A stretch of DNA of 64,000 bases from assembly GCA_964456825.1 (NCBI GenBank), contig CAYWCR010000012.1, positions 1,223-65,222 on the forward strand, in the 5' to 3' direction. The stretch is from an uncultured Bacteroidales bacterium (GTDB taxonomy: Bacteria; Bacteroidota; Bacteroidia; Bacteroidales; UBA10428). The notes under the pieces were generated by a model that made no database searches, had not been told where the DNA came from, and saw nothing but the letters and a program-made list of their open reading frames with translations. Below are positions 10,151 to 21,489 of the stretch, piece after piece. Position numbers and translations under genes: made by a program. The number at the start of each line of letters is the position of its first letter. The stretch's first letter is position 1.

Positions 10151-10212
10151 TACGGTATAACCACACTGAAAACTTATGCAATCACGCCGGCAAACAACAG
10201 GGCAGCGGACAG

Positions 10213-11499
10213 CTACAACGCTGCTATAAACCGTATCATCAGCCTGGCATAGTTCTCAAACGCTGCCATGCTGAGGGCATCGGCTGTATCAAACGGATCG
10301 TGATACGTTGCATTTCCTCCCAGGGTATAGATAAAGAAGCAGGGAATACCCTTGAGATAAAAGGGACAGTGGTCACTGTTGCATGCTTCCCCGCGCGTTT
10401 TAATAACCGGCAGTAAAGAATCCCTGTCGTTAATGCGCATCAGTGTTGAGAATTCCAACGGAAATATACTGCCGTTCACCACCATTATACCTTCTTCACC
10501 TGTTCCGACCAGATCGAAATTGAGCAGAAAACGCACTTTTTCTTGTTCGACAACCGGGTTTTCGACATAATGCCGGGCTCCGAGAAAACCTGACTCCTCG
10601 GCTGAAGTGGCCAGAAATAAGAGGGAATAGGCCGGCGGATGGTCAGCATAATATTTCATCAGGCTGAGCAGCATCGCTATTCCTGAGGCGTTGTCATTGG
10701 CACCGGGGAAAAAGACTTCTTTTCCCAATGAACCGATATGGTCATAATGTGCGGTCAATAGGATGAAGGAATCAGGTTTCAGCGCCCCCCTGTAAAAACC
10801 TATAATATTCCTTGTTTTATGTTCCTGCAACCATCGGCTTTTCAATGCTATTTTAATCCGGCTGAGAGAATCAACAGCGACAGCCTGGTTCATCTTTATC
10901 CAGGGCTTGTTGTATCGTTGCCCGGAGGTATACCACATAAGTTTATCCTGGGCAGTCTCAATAATTCCTGCTGCCCTTGTGAGGTTGTCGCTTTTCAGAT
11001 GCGCTGTAAAATTTGTGACGGCATTTCTTTGCTCCCGGTTCAGGGTATCTGTTCCGGAAAGGTTTAGGTACAGCAACTGATCCCGCGTTGCACGCTGCAA
11101 TTTTACCATACCGGAACCGGATAGTATATCAAGTGTATTTATCTCAGCAAGTCCGAAGGTCCCCTTTATGCCCGGTGAAGAAGGATCGGGCAGGAATTCT
11201 GTTAAGGGTTTTAATAGGGTATCGTTAACAGCCAGTTCAACGGGACCGGGAAAGGTATTGATGTTTAAACGGAACCATTGACTATAGCTGCTATTGACCG
11301 GTATTGCACCATTTTTTTTGTATTCCTTTATTATATAGGTTGCTGCCTTGTTGATACCCTGTTGTGTAAATCCCCTGCCATGCATGGCAGAACTTGTTAA
11401 GTCTTCCACAACCCTGCGGGCATAAAGGATATCCTGTGCGTCCAGATCCTGAAACAGCAGCAGGTAGACCAGCAGAAAAATAAAATGCTTTATCACCAT
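10213..11499 (-). CDS. M28 family metallopeptidase, secreted
   Basis: Signal peptide. HYDHIG and GANDNASG zinc-ligand blocks. FLATSAEESGFLG. Confidence 0.8.
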   Translation of the reverse strand: MVIKHFIFLLVYLLLFQDLDAQDILYARRVVEDLTSSAMHGRGFTQQGINKAATYIIKEYKKNGAIPVNSSYSQWFRLNINTFPGPVELAVNDTLLKPLTEFLPDPSSPGIKGTFGLAEINTLDILSGSGMVKLQRATRDQLLYLNLSGTDTLNREQRNAVTNFTAHLKSDNLTRAAGIIETAQDKLMWYTSGQRYNKPWIKMNQAVAVDSLSRIKIALKSRWLQEHKTRNIIGFYRGALKPDSFILLTAHYDHIGSLGKEVFFPGANDNASGIAMLLSLMKYYADHPPAYSLLFLATSAEESGFLGARHYVENPVVEQEKVRFLLNFDLVGTGEEGIMVVNGSIFPLEFSTLMRINDRDSLLPVIKTRGEACNSDHCPFYLKGIPCFFIYTLGGNATYHDPFDTADALSMAAFENYARLMIRFIAAL

Positions 11500-11595
11500 T
11501 TATTCCAAAGTATGGCTGATTATGGTTATCAAAAATTATGAAACAAGTCCAGTATCGCCCCTTATATCCTGCTCCATCATGGGGTAGTTTTTTGT

Positions 11596-13809
11596 TTAAA
11601 ACCAGTACCCGATATTGAAATAGGACAACAAATCATGATGAGCATTGGAAGCCATTAACGTAAATTCAATAGGCCCTATCATACTGTTATTGCCGATCGT
11701 TACCCCGAACCCAAACAATCCGCTGCCACGGGTAAATATTTCCCCCAGCATCCATGCTGTGCTCCCTGCGTTGGCCTTAAGCACAATATAATTATTGCGC
11801 CAGATGTTATATTGCAGATTAAGGCCAATCCCACTCATGATCCTGTTGTTTATCTGCATGAAGTCGAGGCCGACAAAGGGCAGAAGGCCTTTGTGAATCA
11901 TTTGATTCATCCCTCCAACATATAACAGGTAAGCTGAGGTAGTGGAATCGGCACTCGTATATCCTCCGAAGACAGAAGGTATAAGAGTAAACCTTTTTTC
12001 AACCGGAATCGCTTTCTCATAGCGAAAATGGAAAAAATGAACAGAAGAAATATCGGCTGCATTCACCAGCTTGTAGATTCCATGGAACCTGCTGCCTTTT
12101 GATGGATAGCTTATATCATCATATTGGTCGAGGTTCATGAAGAAAAAGCCGTTGTAATACCGGTTCGATTCCTTCTCTGGTAAAACGTCTCCTACCAGGG
12201 GTTTCAGGTTAACGAACTCATATTCGAAACCTCCTCCGATGGCGAAAGAATGTCTAAAGATGGACTGGGTAAATAACCTGAAGGAAATATCAGTGTAATC
12301 AATGGTTGTGGTTTTATGGGCTCCCCGGTAAAGATAAACATCCAGTTTTTGTCCTTCAATATCTACGCCGAAGCCTGGTTTTGCACCATTGTTCTTAAAG
12401 TATGAGGCCAGTACTTTTGGATTATCACCCAATCCAAGGTTCAGCGATAATTTGGATCCGTCTAACAGCATATTGCGAAAAGTGGCATTGATAATGATAG
12501 ACGAATTGAAATTGGAGTTGTAGTTAAGTCCCACGCGCAAAAGTCCGCCTTCTTTTTCGGTAACATGGATCAGCATCCTTACGTTGTCAGTTGCTTTTTC
12601 ATTTTCAATGGGTTCCAGATCGTAAGTAACCTTGGAAAAATAAAGGCTTGAAAAAGCATTGTCAATGGCTGTTGCCACTTCCTCAGGCTTTATCCAGGAA
12701 AGCAGGGTAAGCTCCAGCTTACCGGTAAGCAAACGGGCAGAAACTTTATTGAGGCCAAGAATGTGGATCTCCTTCAGAAATATAGAATCTACCGGAGGAA
12801 GGACGGGCTTCTTGCAGGTGAACGTGTCGTATTTCTGCAGGGATTCCCTTAGCTCATGAAGGGCTTTCAGCTGTGACAGGGCTGCCTTTTCTCCGCGTGC
12901 AATCAGTGAATCCGCTTTGTTGAAATCAGATGACCCCAGGCCTGTAAGATCAGGTTTAATCAATATATCACATTGTTTCCGGTTTGCATTTGCCCGGGCT
13001 TCTGAGGTAAGAAAAATAGTCTGTTCAAATATCTTGAATGCATCATAAATATCCGATGGTTCCGGTTTCTGATAGCCGACATCAACACCGATAATAATAT
13101 CAGCCCCCATTTCTTTCAGCCTGTCAACAGGAAAATTGTTGATGACGCCGCCATCAACCAGCAAAAGAGAATCACGCTGAACAGGGGCGAACAGAGAAGG
13201 TATGGCCATGCTGGACCTCATAGCATCAGGAAGATATCCGTCGCGGATGACCACTTCAGTCCCTGAGATTATATCCATCGCCACGCATAGAAAGGGGATG
13301 GGTAACTGATTGAAATCCCTGATCCTGTAAACGGGGAAACATAAGGTATTCATGAGGTTCTCAATATTCTGCCCGGATATGATGCCTGATGGAACCCTGA
13401 CCCCTGATTTTCCGAAAGGAAAGGATACAAAGAATATATCTTCTTCGTTTTTTTCCTCAATGGATATTTCCGTACGGGAGATATTATCGGAAAAAAGCTT
13501 GTTCCAGTTTTGTCCAACGCTTATTTTCTCCAGCTTGTCTGCCCCGTAGCCGACTGAATAGAGACCGCCGATGATCGCTCCCATGCTGGTTCCCGCGATA
13601 TAATCAATCGGTATTCCGGCTTCCTCGATTACTTTCAGAACACCGATGTGGGCAATACCTTTGGCTGAACCACCGCTTAATACAACGCCTACTTTAGGCC
13701 TTTTATCTGATTCGGTTTGGGCGACAAGCTCACCGGACACCAGGGCAATTAATACCGTAATAAGGATCAGTTTAGCTGCAGTTTTATGAAATGAAAAGTT
13801 TTGTATCAT
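11596..13809 (-). CDS. Patatin-like phospholipase fused to an Omp85/BamA-like beta-barrel
   Basis: GGSAKG oxyanion block and GTSMG nucleophile elbow, DGG catalytic Asp block. The long C-terminal beta-strand-rich region ends in an aromatic residue (GYWF). Confidence 0.8.
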   Translation of the reverse strand: MIQNFSFHKTAAKLILITVLIALVSGELVAQTESDKRPKVGVVLSGGSAKGIAHIGVLKVIEEAGIPIDYIAGTSMGAIIGGLYSVGYGADKLEKISVGQNWNKLFSDNISRTEISIEEKNEEDIFFVSFPFGKSGVRVPSGIISGQNIENLMNTLCFPVYRIRDFNQLPIPFLCVAMDIISGTEVVIRDGYLPDAMRSSMAIPSLFAPVQRDSLLLVDGGVINNFPVDRLKEMGADIIIGVDVGYQKPEPSDIYDAFKIFEQTIFLTSEARANANRKQCDILIKPDLTGLGSSDFNKADSLIARGEKAALSQLKALHELRESLQKYDTFTCKKPVLPPVDSIFLKEIHILGLNKVSARLLTGKLELTLLSWIKPEEVATAIDNAFSSLYFSKVTYDLEPIENEKATDNVRMLIHVTEKEGGLLRVGLNYNSNFNSSIIINATFRNMLLDGSKLSLNLGLGDNPKVLASYFKNNGAKPGFGVDIEGQKLDVYLYRGAHKTTTIDYTDISFRLFTQSIFRHSFAIGGGFEYEFVNLKPLVGDVLPEKESNRYYNGFFFMNLDQYDDISYPSKGSRFHGIYKLVNAADISSVHFFHFRYEKAIPVEKRFTLIPSVFGGYTSADSTTSAYLLYVGGMNQMIHKGLLPFVGLDFMQINNRIMSGIGLNLQYNIWRNNYIVLKANAGSTAWMLGEIFTRGSGLFGFGVTIGNNSMIGPIEFTLMASNAHHDLLSYFNIGYWF

Positions 13810-13831
13810 TAATTAACCAGCCATAAATGGT

Positions 13832-14809
13832 TTAAATGTGATTGGAAAAATATTTCATAAACTGTGACCGCTCATAAACGGTGGGATCAGGGATATTATG
13901 AATATTTAGTTTTCCCCTGAAGGCTTCAATGGAATTAAAATGATGTTTCTCCATCCATTGCTCGACATCTTTCTTTATTACAGGAAGATATTCAACCCCT
14001 TCCCTGTAAAGCACTGAACAGACCTGAACAGCTTTGGCACCGGCCAGGATTTGTTTGACAGCCCCCTTGCCATCATGAATACCCGTTGAAGCTGCAATGT
14101 CAATTTTTTCCACCAGGTGGGAGATGATTCCAACCCATCGCAAGGAATTCCGGATATCGGAAGGAGTGCTAAAAACATCGGCTGCGGTGATCTTCATATT
14201 GTCAATATCAATATCCGGTGCATAGAAACGGTTGAACATAACCACTCCGCGTGCACCTCTTATATATAAATTATGTACCAGTTTCACCAGGTTGGTGAAA
14301 TGCATGCCTATTTTGACCGCGATCGGTATTCCGGCTTTTTTTCTGACCCTGGAGATCACATCATAATAGAGTTCTTCATGCTTCTCTGAAGGAATATCTT
14401 TATCGGTGGGCAGGAAAAAGATGTTCAATTCAAGTGCATCAGCTCCGGCTTTCTCAATATCACTTGCGAAACCAATCCAATCCGATGCAGAGATGCAGTT
14501 TATGCTGGCAATAACCGGGATTCTGACGGACTTCTTTGCATCTTCGATCAGCTGAAGGTATTCTTCAAGCGAATGGCTTCTGGTATACTGCAAAACGTAA
14601 TCCTGTGCTTCAGGATAGGAACTCTCACCAAGCATTCGTCCTGCTTCAGCCTGGATCTGTTCTTCAAACAGTGACTTCAGCACTACCGCACCGGCTCCGA
14701 GTTCTTCAAGCTGCCGGATCTTCTCCACGGAGTTGGTCAATCCGGAGCTGCTCACGATCAAAGGATTGCTGAGTTTCAGTCCGAGGTAGTTTGTTGCTAG
14801 ATTTGCCAT
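13832..14809 (-). CDS. Dihydroorotate dehydrogenase-like TIM-barrel flavoprotein
   Basis: LKLSNPLIVSSSGL, N-terminal PyrD-like barrel motifs. 325 aa. Confidence 0.65.
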   Translation of the reverse strand: MANLATNYLGLKLSNPLIVSSSGLTNSVEKIRQLEELGAGAVVLKSLFEEQIQAEAGRMLGESSYPEAQDYVLQYTRSHSLEEYLQLIEDAKKSVRIPVIASINCISASDWIGFASDIEKAGADALELNIFFLPTDKDIPSEKHEELYYDVISRVRKKAGIPIAVKIGMHFTNLVKLVHNLYIRGARGVVMFNRFYAPDIDIDNMKITAADVFSTPSDIRNSLRWVGIISHLVEKIDIAASTGIHDGKGAVKQILAGAKAVQVCSVLYREGVEYLPVIKKDVEQWMEKHHFNSIEAFRGKLNIHNIPDPTVYERSQFMKYFSNHI

Positions 14810-14832
14810 ACAGTTATTGGTTATTTTGATGT

Positions 14833-15498
14833 TTAAGTTCTTTCACCAAATATCAGGGTTCCGATCCTCAGCAGGGTTGCACCCTCTTCCAGGGCTATGG
14901 GATAGTCCCCTGACATACCCATGGAAAGTTCAGAAAAGGATTCATAAGTGCTAAAATGATCGGATTTGATTTGCCTGAAACAACCGGCAAGGGAACGAAA
15001 CTCTGAACGGATCCGGGCAGTATCCTGGGTAAATGTTGCCATCCCCATCAAACCGCAGATGCTGATATTTTTCATCTGTTGGAATTCAGGGGCAGACAGC
15101 AATTCGTGTGCGCCCTCCGGTGATAATCCATATTTTGTCTCCTCTTGTGCTATTCTGATTTGCAAGAGGCAATGGATGATCCTGTTGTTTTTGATGGCTT
15201 CCTGGTTGATCACTGACAGAAGGTCCAGGTTATCAACGGAATGGATCATAGCGATGAAAGGAGCGATATATTTTACCTTGTTTGACTGCAGATGTCCGAT
15301 CATATGCCATTCGATGTCACGCGGAAGGTTTGTTTGTTTGCGGAGGAGTTCCTGCACCCTGTTTTCACCAAAGATCCTGTGATTACAATGGTAAGCCTCC
15401 AAGATGTCAGTTTCCGGAATGGTCTTTGATACCGCAACAATCCTGACATATGCCGGAATGCTATGTTTCAACCGCTGAATATTTTCTGCTATCTCCAT
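14833..15498 (-). CDS. YggS-family pyridoxal-phosphate homeostasis protein
   Basis: 221 aa. VAVSKT (PLP lysine block), FGENRVQE, HxIGHLQSNK, LSMGMSGDY. Confidence 0.85.
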   Translation of the reverse strand: MEIAENIQRLKHSIPAYVRIVAVSKTIPETDILEAYHCNHRIFGENRVQELLRKQTNLPRDIEWHMIGHLQSNKVKYIAPFIAMIHSVDNLDLLSVINQEAIKNNRIIHCLLQIRIAQEETKYGLSPEGAHELLSAPEFQQMKNISICGLMGMATFTQDTARIRSEFRSLAGCFRQIKSDHFSTYESFSELSMGMSGDYPIALEEGATLLRIGTLIFGERT

Positions 15499-15564
15499 GA
15501 AGGATGCACTGGGACGGCGTAAAAGTAATAAAAATTATGGTGAGAACTGTGGTCAATCGATAAC

Positions 15565-15662
15565 CGGCAACCGGTGATCGGTAATCAGTCACACAGTATG
15601 GTAAATCACTGTTATATAGTTCTAATCACCGTTAGCTACTAATCACTGGTTACCGGTTGCCG
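15565..15662. repeat. 11-bp inverted repeat flanking TAATCAC-type words in the yggS/mdh divergent spacer
   Basis: CGGCAACCGGT (15565-15575) is the exact reverse complement of ACCGGTTGCCG (15652-15662). Between them lie gtaatcag, gtaaatcac, ctaatcacc and ctaatcact. Confidence 0.7.
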
Positions 15663-15785
15663 TTCTTTTAAGTGAATTGTGGGCTGTGATTGTGAACAAT
15701 TTTTCGCTGGAAAATCTGATTAATTTTTCTTATCATTGTTGTTTCTGGAAATCACATTAACAGTACTTTACTAAAACCGTATGCT

Positions 15786-16727
15786 ATGAAAGTTTCGGTA
15801 ATCGGATCGGGGAATGTAGGTTCCAGTTGTGCCGATGTTCTGGCTCACAAGGATGCCGCCCATGAAGTGGTTCTGGTTGATATTAAGCCCGGTCTGGCCG
15901 AAGGCAAAGCCCTTGATATCTGGCAAAGTGCTCCTATCGATCGTTTTAACACAAAAACCATCGGGGTCACCAACGACTATACAGCAACGGCCAATTCCAA
16001 CATAGTCATTATTACATCCGGACTGCCCCGTAAACCGGGGATGAGCCGGGATGATCTGATTGAGACCAATGCCGCGATAGTAAAATCGGTTACCGAGAGT
16101 GTTATACAATATTCGCCCTGTGCCATTATTATTGTTGTCTCCAATCCCCTCGACGTTATGACTTACCAGGCCTATCTTACTTCCGCATTCCCAAGGACAA
16201 GGGTGATGGGCATGGCAGGCATACTGGATACAGGACGGTACAGGGCTTTTATCGCGGATGAACTGAATGTTTCACCCAAGGACGTCCAGGCGGTCATGCT
16301 GGGAGGTCATGGAGATACTATGGTACCCCTTCCGCGATATACAACCGTGAGTGGTATACCTTTAATTGAATTGCTTCCGGTTGAAAAAATCAATGCCATC
16401 ATCGAACGCACAAGATTTGGCGGTGGCGAAATTGTGAAACTGATGGGCACTTCAGCCTGGTATGCTCCGGGTTCGGCAGCAGCCCGTATGGCCGAAGCCA
16501 TTTCCGGTAACGAAAAAAGAGTATTTCCCTGTTGTGTAAAGCTTGAAGGGGAATATGGACTTGAGAATGTTTTTGTTGGGGTCCCTGTAGTGCTGGGAAA
16601 AAATGGCATAGAAAGGATCATTGAACTGAAACTGAACGATGAAGAGAAGCGACAACTCTATGCGAGCGCTGATTCCGTAAAGGAGATGATGGATGTTCTG
16701 GACAGGATGGAAACAAAAAACCGCTAG
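15786..16727 (+). CDS. mdh: Malate dehydrogenase (LDH-like type)
   Basis: MKVSVIGSGNVG Rossmann start, ITSGLPRKPGMSRDDL, GGHGDTMVP. Confidence 0.9.
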   Translation: MKVSVIGSGNVGSSCADVLAHKDAAHEVVLVDIKPGLAEGKALDIWQSAPIDRFNTKTIGVTNDYTATANSNIVIITSGLPRKPGMSRDDLIETNAAIVKSVTESVIQYSPCAIIIVVSNPLDVMTYQAYLTSAFPRTRVMGMAGILDTGRYRAFIADELNVSPKDVQAVMLGGHGDTMVPLPRYTTVSGIPLIELLPVEKINAIIERTRFGGGEIVKLMGTSAWYAPGSAAARMAEAISGNEKRVFPCCVKLEGEYGLENVFVGVPVVLGKNGIERIIELKLNDEEKRQLYASADSVKEMMDVLDRMETKNR

Positions 16728-16745
16728 ACGAATCCAGCGGTTTTT
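16716..16745. terminator. Hairpin with flanking A and T runs between the convergent mdh and the small ORF
   Basis: aaaaaccgct (16716-16725) pairs with agcggttttt (16736-16745), with a 10-nt loop. It overlaps the mdh stop codon. Confidence 0.5.
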
Positions 16746-16757
16746 ATCAGTTCCTCA

Positions 16758-17012
16758 TCAAAGGTTCATAGTTGCATTCTCATTTCGGGCTTTTTCTGTA
16801 TTCCAGTTCTTGGAGAAGTTCAGAATCCTGTCAATTACCTCATCCCGAACATCGGTTTGAAGATTATCAAGGTAATTTTCAATTAATTCCAGATCTTCAT
16901 TTTCTAAAAACCCGGCGAGTTTTATTAACTCGCTTTCTTTTTCGTCTGAGAATGAACCTGTTGAACCATGCAACGTAAAAGTTCTGTTCATAGGCACAAA
17001 ATTAGGGTTCAA
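16758..17012 (-). CDS. Hypothetical small acidic protein
   Basis: ORF only. No recognisable motif. Lies downstream of the ECF sigma gene on the same strand. The start is uncertain (alternative Met at residue 8). Confidence 0.35.
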   Translation of the reverse strand: MNPNFVPMNRTFTLHGSTGSFSDEKESELIKLAGFLENEDLELIENYLDNLQTDVRDEVIDRILNFSKNWNTEKARNENATMNL

Positions 17013-17169
17013 CTAAAGACAGTTTATAAACGCCCCAAACGAATCTTTTATTATCCTAAAGATATAAAATATTTTTAATGATGTCAACAATATTATTACC
17101 TTAGGTAACTGCCATAAGGTCAATATTATCTGTGACGAAAATTCAGCAAGGCCTTGCTGTGCCTTAATC

Positions 17170-17760
17170 TTATTGCTCAGAAAGAATAAGATTCTTTTCC
17201 TTCACCAGTTTTCTGAGGTTAATAAGCGCATACCTCATTCTGCCTAAGGCTGTATTAATACTGACATGGGTCTGGTCAGCGATCTCTTTGAAGCTCAGCC
17301 CACAATAATGTCTAAGTATTAATACCTCTTTCTGATCATCGGGCAGGTAATCAACAAGATTTCTTAAATCCTGTTCAATCTGTTCATGGATGATGTCATC
17401 TTCAACGGTTTTTGCCGCGAAACGCTTTGAATTGAAGACATCCATCCCAAACTCGTTGTTGGAGACAGAATTCATTTGTTTTTCACGCCGGAAATGATCA
17501 ATTACAAGATTATGTGCAATTCGCACAACCCAGGCAAGAAACTTACCGTCATCACGATACCTGCCTTCATGCAAGGAACGGATCACCTTTACAAAGGTAT
17601 CCTGAAAAATATCTTCTGCAAGGTGTTGATTTTTAATCAACAGCACAATATATGAATAAACCTGTTTTCTGTATCGTGTGATCAGCACTTCAAGACTTGA
17701 CTGATCGCCACTGACAAAGTTGCTTACAAGCTCGTTGTCAGAAAGAACACATGTTTTCAA
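17170..17760 (-). CDS. RNA polymerase sigma-70 family (ECF-type) factor
   Basis: Region 2 (EDIFQDTFVKV..., AWVVRIAHNLVIDHFR) and region 4 HTH (LSFKEIADQTHVSINTALGRMRYA). Confidence 0.8.
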   Translation of the reverse strand: MKTCVLSDNELVSNFVSGDQSSLEVLITRYRKQVYSYIVLLIKNQHLAEDIFQDTFVKVIRSLHEGRYRDDGKFLAWVVRIAHNLVIDHFRREKQMNSVSNNEFGMDVFNSKRFAAKTVEDDIIHEQIEQDLRNLVDYLPDDQKEVLILRHYCGLSFKEIADQTHVSINTALGRMRYALINLRKLVKEKNLILSEQ

Positions 17761-17944
17761 AACTACCTCCTTTTTAAGGTTATTGCATAATTAACGGTAG
17801 AATTGTGTCTATAGGCGATCCTCCCTGGTGTGGTTAATTTTGAGTTGAAATAAGGTATTTATTGTCAATAAACCAATATTTTTGTTTCAAAAATAAGTTA
17901 AATTTTGTTAAAAACAAATACCCAAGGGGGTTAACTCAAAAATT

Positions 17945-20785
17945 ATGCCGAAAGAAAATCCTAAAGGTAGACCCAACGGTAGGCCTGAAGGTAAAAGGGA
18001 AGATTCCGGAGCTATTGTAATTTCAGGGGCGCGTGTCCACAACCTGAAAAATATCAATCTTACACTTTCAAGGAACAGACTGATCGTGGTCACGGGATTA
18101 TCAGGTTCAGGCAAGTCCTCACTTGCTTTTGACACCATATATGCAGAAGGACAAAGACGGTACGTCGAGAGCCTGTCAAGCTATGCCAGACAATTCCTGG
18201 GCCGGGCCAACAAGCCCGAAGTGGATTTTATCAGGGGCATCCCCCCGGCTATTGCTATTGAACAAAAGGTGAATACCAGGAATCCCAGGTCAACAGTCGG
18301 GACTTCGACTGAAATATACGATTATCTGAAGTTGTTATATGCCCGTATTGGCAGAACCTATTCACCTTCTACGGGTTCCCTGGTAAAGAAGGACACCGTA
18401 ACGGATGTGGTGGATTACATAGTCACATTCTCACCGGAAAACCGGGTTTTAATTCTTGCTCCATTGAAAGACAATACCAGGCTCAACCTGACACAGCATG
18501 TAGAAGACCTTATACACCAAGGTATTACAAGACTTGAGGTCAATGGGGTCATGGTAAAGGCTGAAGAATTTGTTCAGTCTGCCTCCGGTATTGCCAGGTC
18601 CGATGTAAATGTTATTATCGACAGGATCGTAGTGGCTCATGATGAGGATTCCAAAAGCCGTTATGCCGACTCGGTGCAAATAGCATTTCGCATTGGAGAG
18701 GGGATCTGCCTGATAAAGGAAGCGGATAAGGCATCCTCCGGCAGGTATTTTAGCGATGCTTTTGAGGCAGAGGGTGTCCGTTTTGAAGAGCCTTCCGTGC
18801 ATCTGTTCAGCTTTAACAATCCTATAGGGGCTTGCCCCGTCTGCGAAGGATATGGTAAAGTGATCGGCGTCGATGAAGATCTGGTGATTCCCAATAAAGG
18901 ACTTTCGGTATATGAAGATGCGGTAGTTTGCTGGAAAGGAGAAAAAATGCAGAAATGGAAAGACCGGCTGATCATTCATGCAGATCAGGCTGGCTTCCCT
19001 ATTCACCGCCCTTATTATGAACTTACGGATGAACAGCGCACGCTTTTGTGGAAAGGCAACAAATTCTTTAAAGGCATTAATGCTTTTTTTGATTACCTCG
19101 AAACAAAGAAATACAAGATTCAGTACCGTGTGATGCTTTCCAGATACCGGGGTAAAACCATTTGCCCGCACTGCATGGGGGCCCGGTTAAAAAAGGAAGC
19201 CGGCTTTGTAAAGATTAACAGCAAGTCTATCACTGATCTGGTGATGATGCCGGTTGAAAAACTGAAAGCATTCGTGGAAACAATCGAGCTTACGCCATAT
19301 GAAGAAACAATAGCCAGGCGTATTTTGCAGGAGATCAAATCAAGGATCGGTTATTTATGTGATGTCGGCCTGGAGTACCTTACACTCAACAGGCTTTCAT
19401 CCACGCTTTCGGGCGGTGAATCACAGCGCATCAACCTTTCCGCAACACTGGGCAGCAGCCTGGTAGGTTCGCTTTATATTCTTGATGAACCCAGCATAGG
19501 TTTACATCCAAGGGATACCAACCGTCTGGTGGGTGTGTTAAAGAACCTGAGGGACATAGGAAACACGGTGATGGTGGTCGAACATGAAGAAGAGATCATA
19601 AAGGCTGCAGATGATATTGTAGATATTGGACCACTGGCAGGAAGGAATGGAGGAGAAGTGATATACCATGGCCCATATGATGCATTTCTAAAAGAGGGCA
19701 AAGGCCTTACGGCCGCATTTCTTACCGGTAAGGAAACGATCGAAGTTCCCGGGGTACGAAGAAAATGGAATAATTATATCGAAGTTCACGGAGCCAGGGA
19801 AAACAACCTGAAAGGTATCAACGTCAAAATTCCCCTGAATGTAATGACGGTGATCACCGGGGTTAGCGGTTCAGGCAAATCATCCCTGGTAAAGTCCATT
19901 ATCTTTCCTGCCCTGAATAAAATCTATTATGGCTCTGGTGAAAAGGCCGGTCAGTATGGGAAAATTGACGGGGATATCCATTTATTGTCAGGTATTGAAT
20001 TTGTTGACCAAAATCCCATTGGTAAATCCACAAGATCTAATCCGGTTACCTACAGCAAGGCTTTTGATGACATCCGGAAACTGTTTGCATCACAACAGTT
20101 GTCGAAGTACAACGGCTTTACCGCCTCACATTTTTCGTTCAATATCGATGGCGGGAGATGTGAGGAATGTCAGGGAGAAGGCGAGATAAAGGTTGAAATG
20201 CAATTTATGGCCGATGTGCATCTGGTTTGTGAAAGTTGTCATGGCAAGCGCTATAAGGATGACATACTGGAAGTCACCTATCAGGGAAGGAATATTTATG
20301 ATATCCTCGAGATGACCGTTGATGAGGCAATTTCGCTTTTTACATCACAAAACGGGACCCTTGAAAAATCAATTATCCGGAAGCTTCTGCCACTAGCCGA
20401 GGTCGGCCTGGGTTATGTACAACTCGGACAGTCCTCCAGCACCCTTAGCGGAGGAGAAAACCAGCGGGTGAAGCTTGCTTCATTTCTGGGAGGTGAAAAA
20501 GGACAGGTCACCACCTTGTTTGTTTTTGATGAACCTACCACGGGTCTCCATTTCCATGACATCAGAAAACTGCTCGATGCGTTCAATGCATTAATCCAGC
20601 GGGGCCATTCCATTTTGATCATTGAACACAATCCGGAAGTGATAAAAACAGCCGACTGGATTATTGACCTTGGTCCCGAAGGTGGAGAAGGAGGGGGGTA
20701 TGTTGTTTGTGAGGGAACACCGGAAGAACTTGTCCGTTGTGAAGGATCGTATACGGGGCAATTTCTCCGGAGAAAGCTGAAATGA
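17945..20785 (+). CDS. uvrA: Excinuclease ABC subunit A
   Basis: Two ABC modules ([18 protein letters not shown]; [16 protein letters not shown]). Zinc-finger Cys pairs ([22 protein letters not shown]). Confidence 0.95.
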   Translation: MPKENPKGRPNGRPEGKREDSGAIVISGARVHNLKNINLTLSRNRLIVVTGLSGSGKSSLAFDTIYAEGQRRYVESLSSYARQFLGRANKPEVDFIRGIPPAIAIEQKVNTRNPRSTVGTSTEIYDYLKLLYARIGRTYSPSTGSLVKKDTVTDVVDYIVTFSPENRVLILAPLKDNTRLNLTQHVEDLIHQGITRLEVNGVMVKAEEFVQSASGIARSDVNVIIDRIVVAHDEDSKSRYADSVQIAFRIGEGICLIKEADKASSGRYFSDAFEAEGVRFEEPSVHLFSFNNPIGACPVCEGYGKVIGVDEDLVIPNKGLSVYEDAVVCWKGEKMQKWKDRLIIHADQAGFPIHRPYYELTDEQRTLLWKGNKFFKGINAFFDYLETKKYKIQYRVMLSRYRGKTICPHCMGARLKKEAGFVKINSKSITDLVMMPVEKLKAFVETIELTPYEETIARRILQEIKSRIGYLCDVGLEYLTLNRLSSTLSGGESQRINLSATLGSSLVGSLYILDEPSIGLHPRDTNRLVGVLKNLRDIGNTVMVVEHEEEIIKAADDIVDIGPLAGRNGGEVIYHGPYDAFLKEGKGLTAAFLTGKETIEVPGVRRKWNNYIEVHGARENNLKGINVKIPLNVMTVITGVSGSGKSSLVKSIIFPALNKIYYGSGEKAGQYGKIDGDIHLLSGIEFVDQNPIGKSTRSNPVTYSKAFDDIRKLFASQQLSKYNGFTASHFSFNIDGGRCEECQGEGEIKVEMQFMADVHLVCESCHGKRYKDDILEVTYQGRNIYDILEMTVDEAISLFTSQNGTLEKSIIRKLLPLAEVGLGYVQLGQSSSTLSGGENQRVKLASFLGGEKGQVTTLFVFDEPTTGLHFHDIRKLLDAFNALIQRGHSILIIEHNPEVIKTADWIIDLGPEGGEGGGYVVCEGTPEELVRCEGSYTGQFLRRKLK

Positions 20786-20843
20786 ATTACAAACGACGAA
20801 TAACGAAAAATGTATTGATCAATGTTCAGTCTTTTGTCTCTAA

Positions 20844-20880
20844 CCTGTAGTCTATAGCCTGTAGTTTATAGCCTGTAGCC
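20844..20880. repeat. Alternating heptamer array CCTGTAG / TYTATAG
   Basis: cctgtag tctatag cctgtag tttatag cctgtag cc. Related words tctatag cctgcag cctgctg recur at 43486-43506. Confidence 0.85.
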
Positions 20881-20981
20881 TTTATTCCATTAATACTGAT
20901 CCAAATACCTTCTGGATGAAATCAACCGCTATAATAAATATTCTGTTCATGATATGGAGGGTTGGTTAATAATCATTATGT

Positions 20982-21015
20982 AAAAAAAGCCTGTTTATAA
21001 GTCAACAGGCTTTTT
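20982..21015. terminator. Bidirectional intrinsic terminator between uvrA and the convergent gene
   Basis: Stem gcctgtt (20989-20995) / aacaggc (21004-21010), preceded by an A-run and followed by a T-run. Confidence 0.7.
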
Positions 21016-21036
21016 CTGGTTCGATGTTATCTAAGT

Positions 21037-21477
21037 TTACTTCTCCTTAAAGCCAAACATAATAGCAACACAGCTGCTGAAGGGATATTCAGCCTGTTTA
21101 TTGGTAACAGGGACTTTAATGATTATTTTAAGCTGTTGGCTAGACTCCAGTTTAAAATCCCATGACAAGGCACTATTATGATCCCGATTATCATAAAGTA
21201 TATTTTTGTAAGCATCCACAACCTGGAATTCAATTTTTGTAAGAGGTTCAGCGCCGCATACAGCAATCCGGTAGTTCTGGCCTGAGTAAAATGTTTTATA
21301 TAGTTCAGCTTCTTCTCCTTCGGTAAGTATGGCTGCATGATAATTGCCGTCATGAATATAGGGTGTTAATTCCTGCTTGCAGATTTTTTTTGCAAACCCT
21401 TTGCATTGAGCATGTACTGTAAAATTAACTGCTAAAAGTGCTGCTAATAAAAGGAGTGCAGGTATGGTTCTTTTCAT
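21037..21477 (-). CDS. Hypothetical secreted protein
   Basis: Signal peptide MKRTIPALLLLAALLAVNFTVHA. No recognised domain. 12 nt downstream of the preceding gene. Confidence 0.6.
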   Translation of the reverse strand: MKRTIPALLLLAALLAVNFTVHAQCKGFAKKICKQELTPYIHDGNYHAAILTEGEEAELYKTFYSGQNYRIAVCGAEPLTKIEFQVVDAYKNILYDNRDHNSALSWDFKLESSQQLKIIIKVPVTNKQAEYPFSSCVAIMFGFKEK

Positions 21478-21489
21478 AATGATTTATTT

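Noticed and set aside
9871-10416. 181-aa plus-strand ORF spanning the rhaT end and the M28 peptidase gene
   Set aside because: It is out of frame within rhaT and antisense to the peptidase. The Cys/His/Arg-rich translation is typical of a spurious frame.
18449-19171. 240-aa minus-strand ORF
   Set aside because: It lies entirely antisense within uvrA and has no motifs. It is a typical shadow ORF of a long, well-conserved gene.
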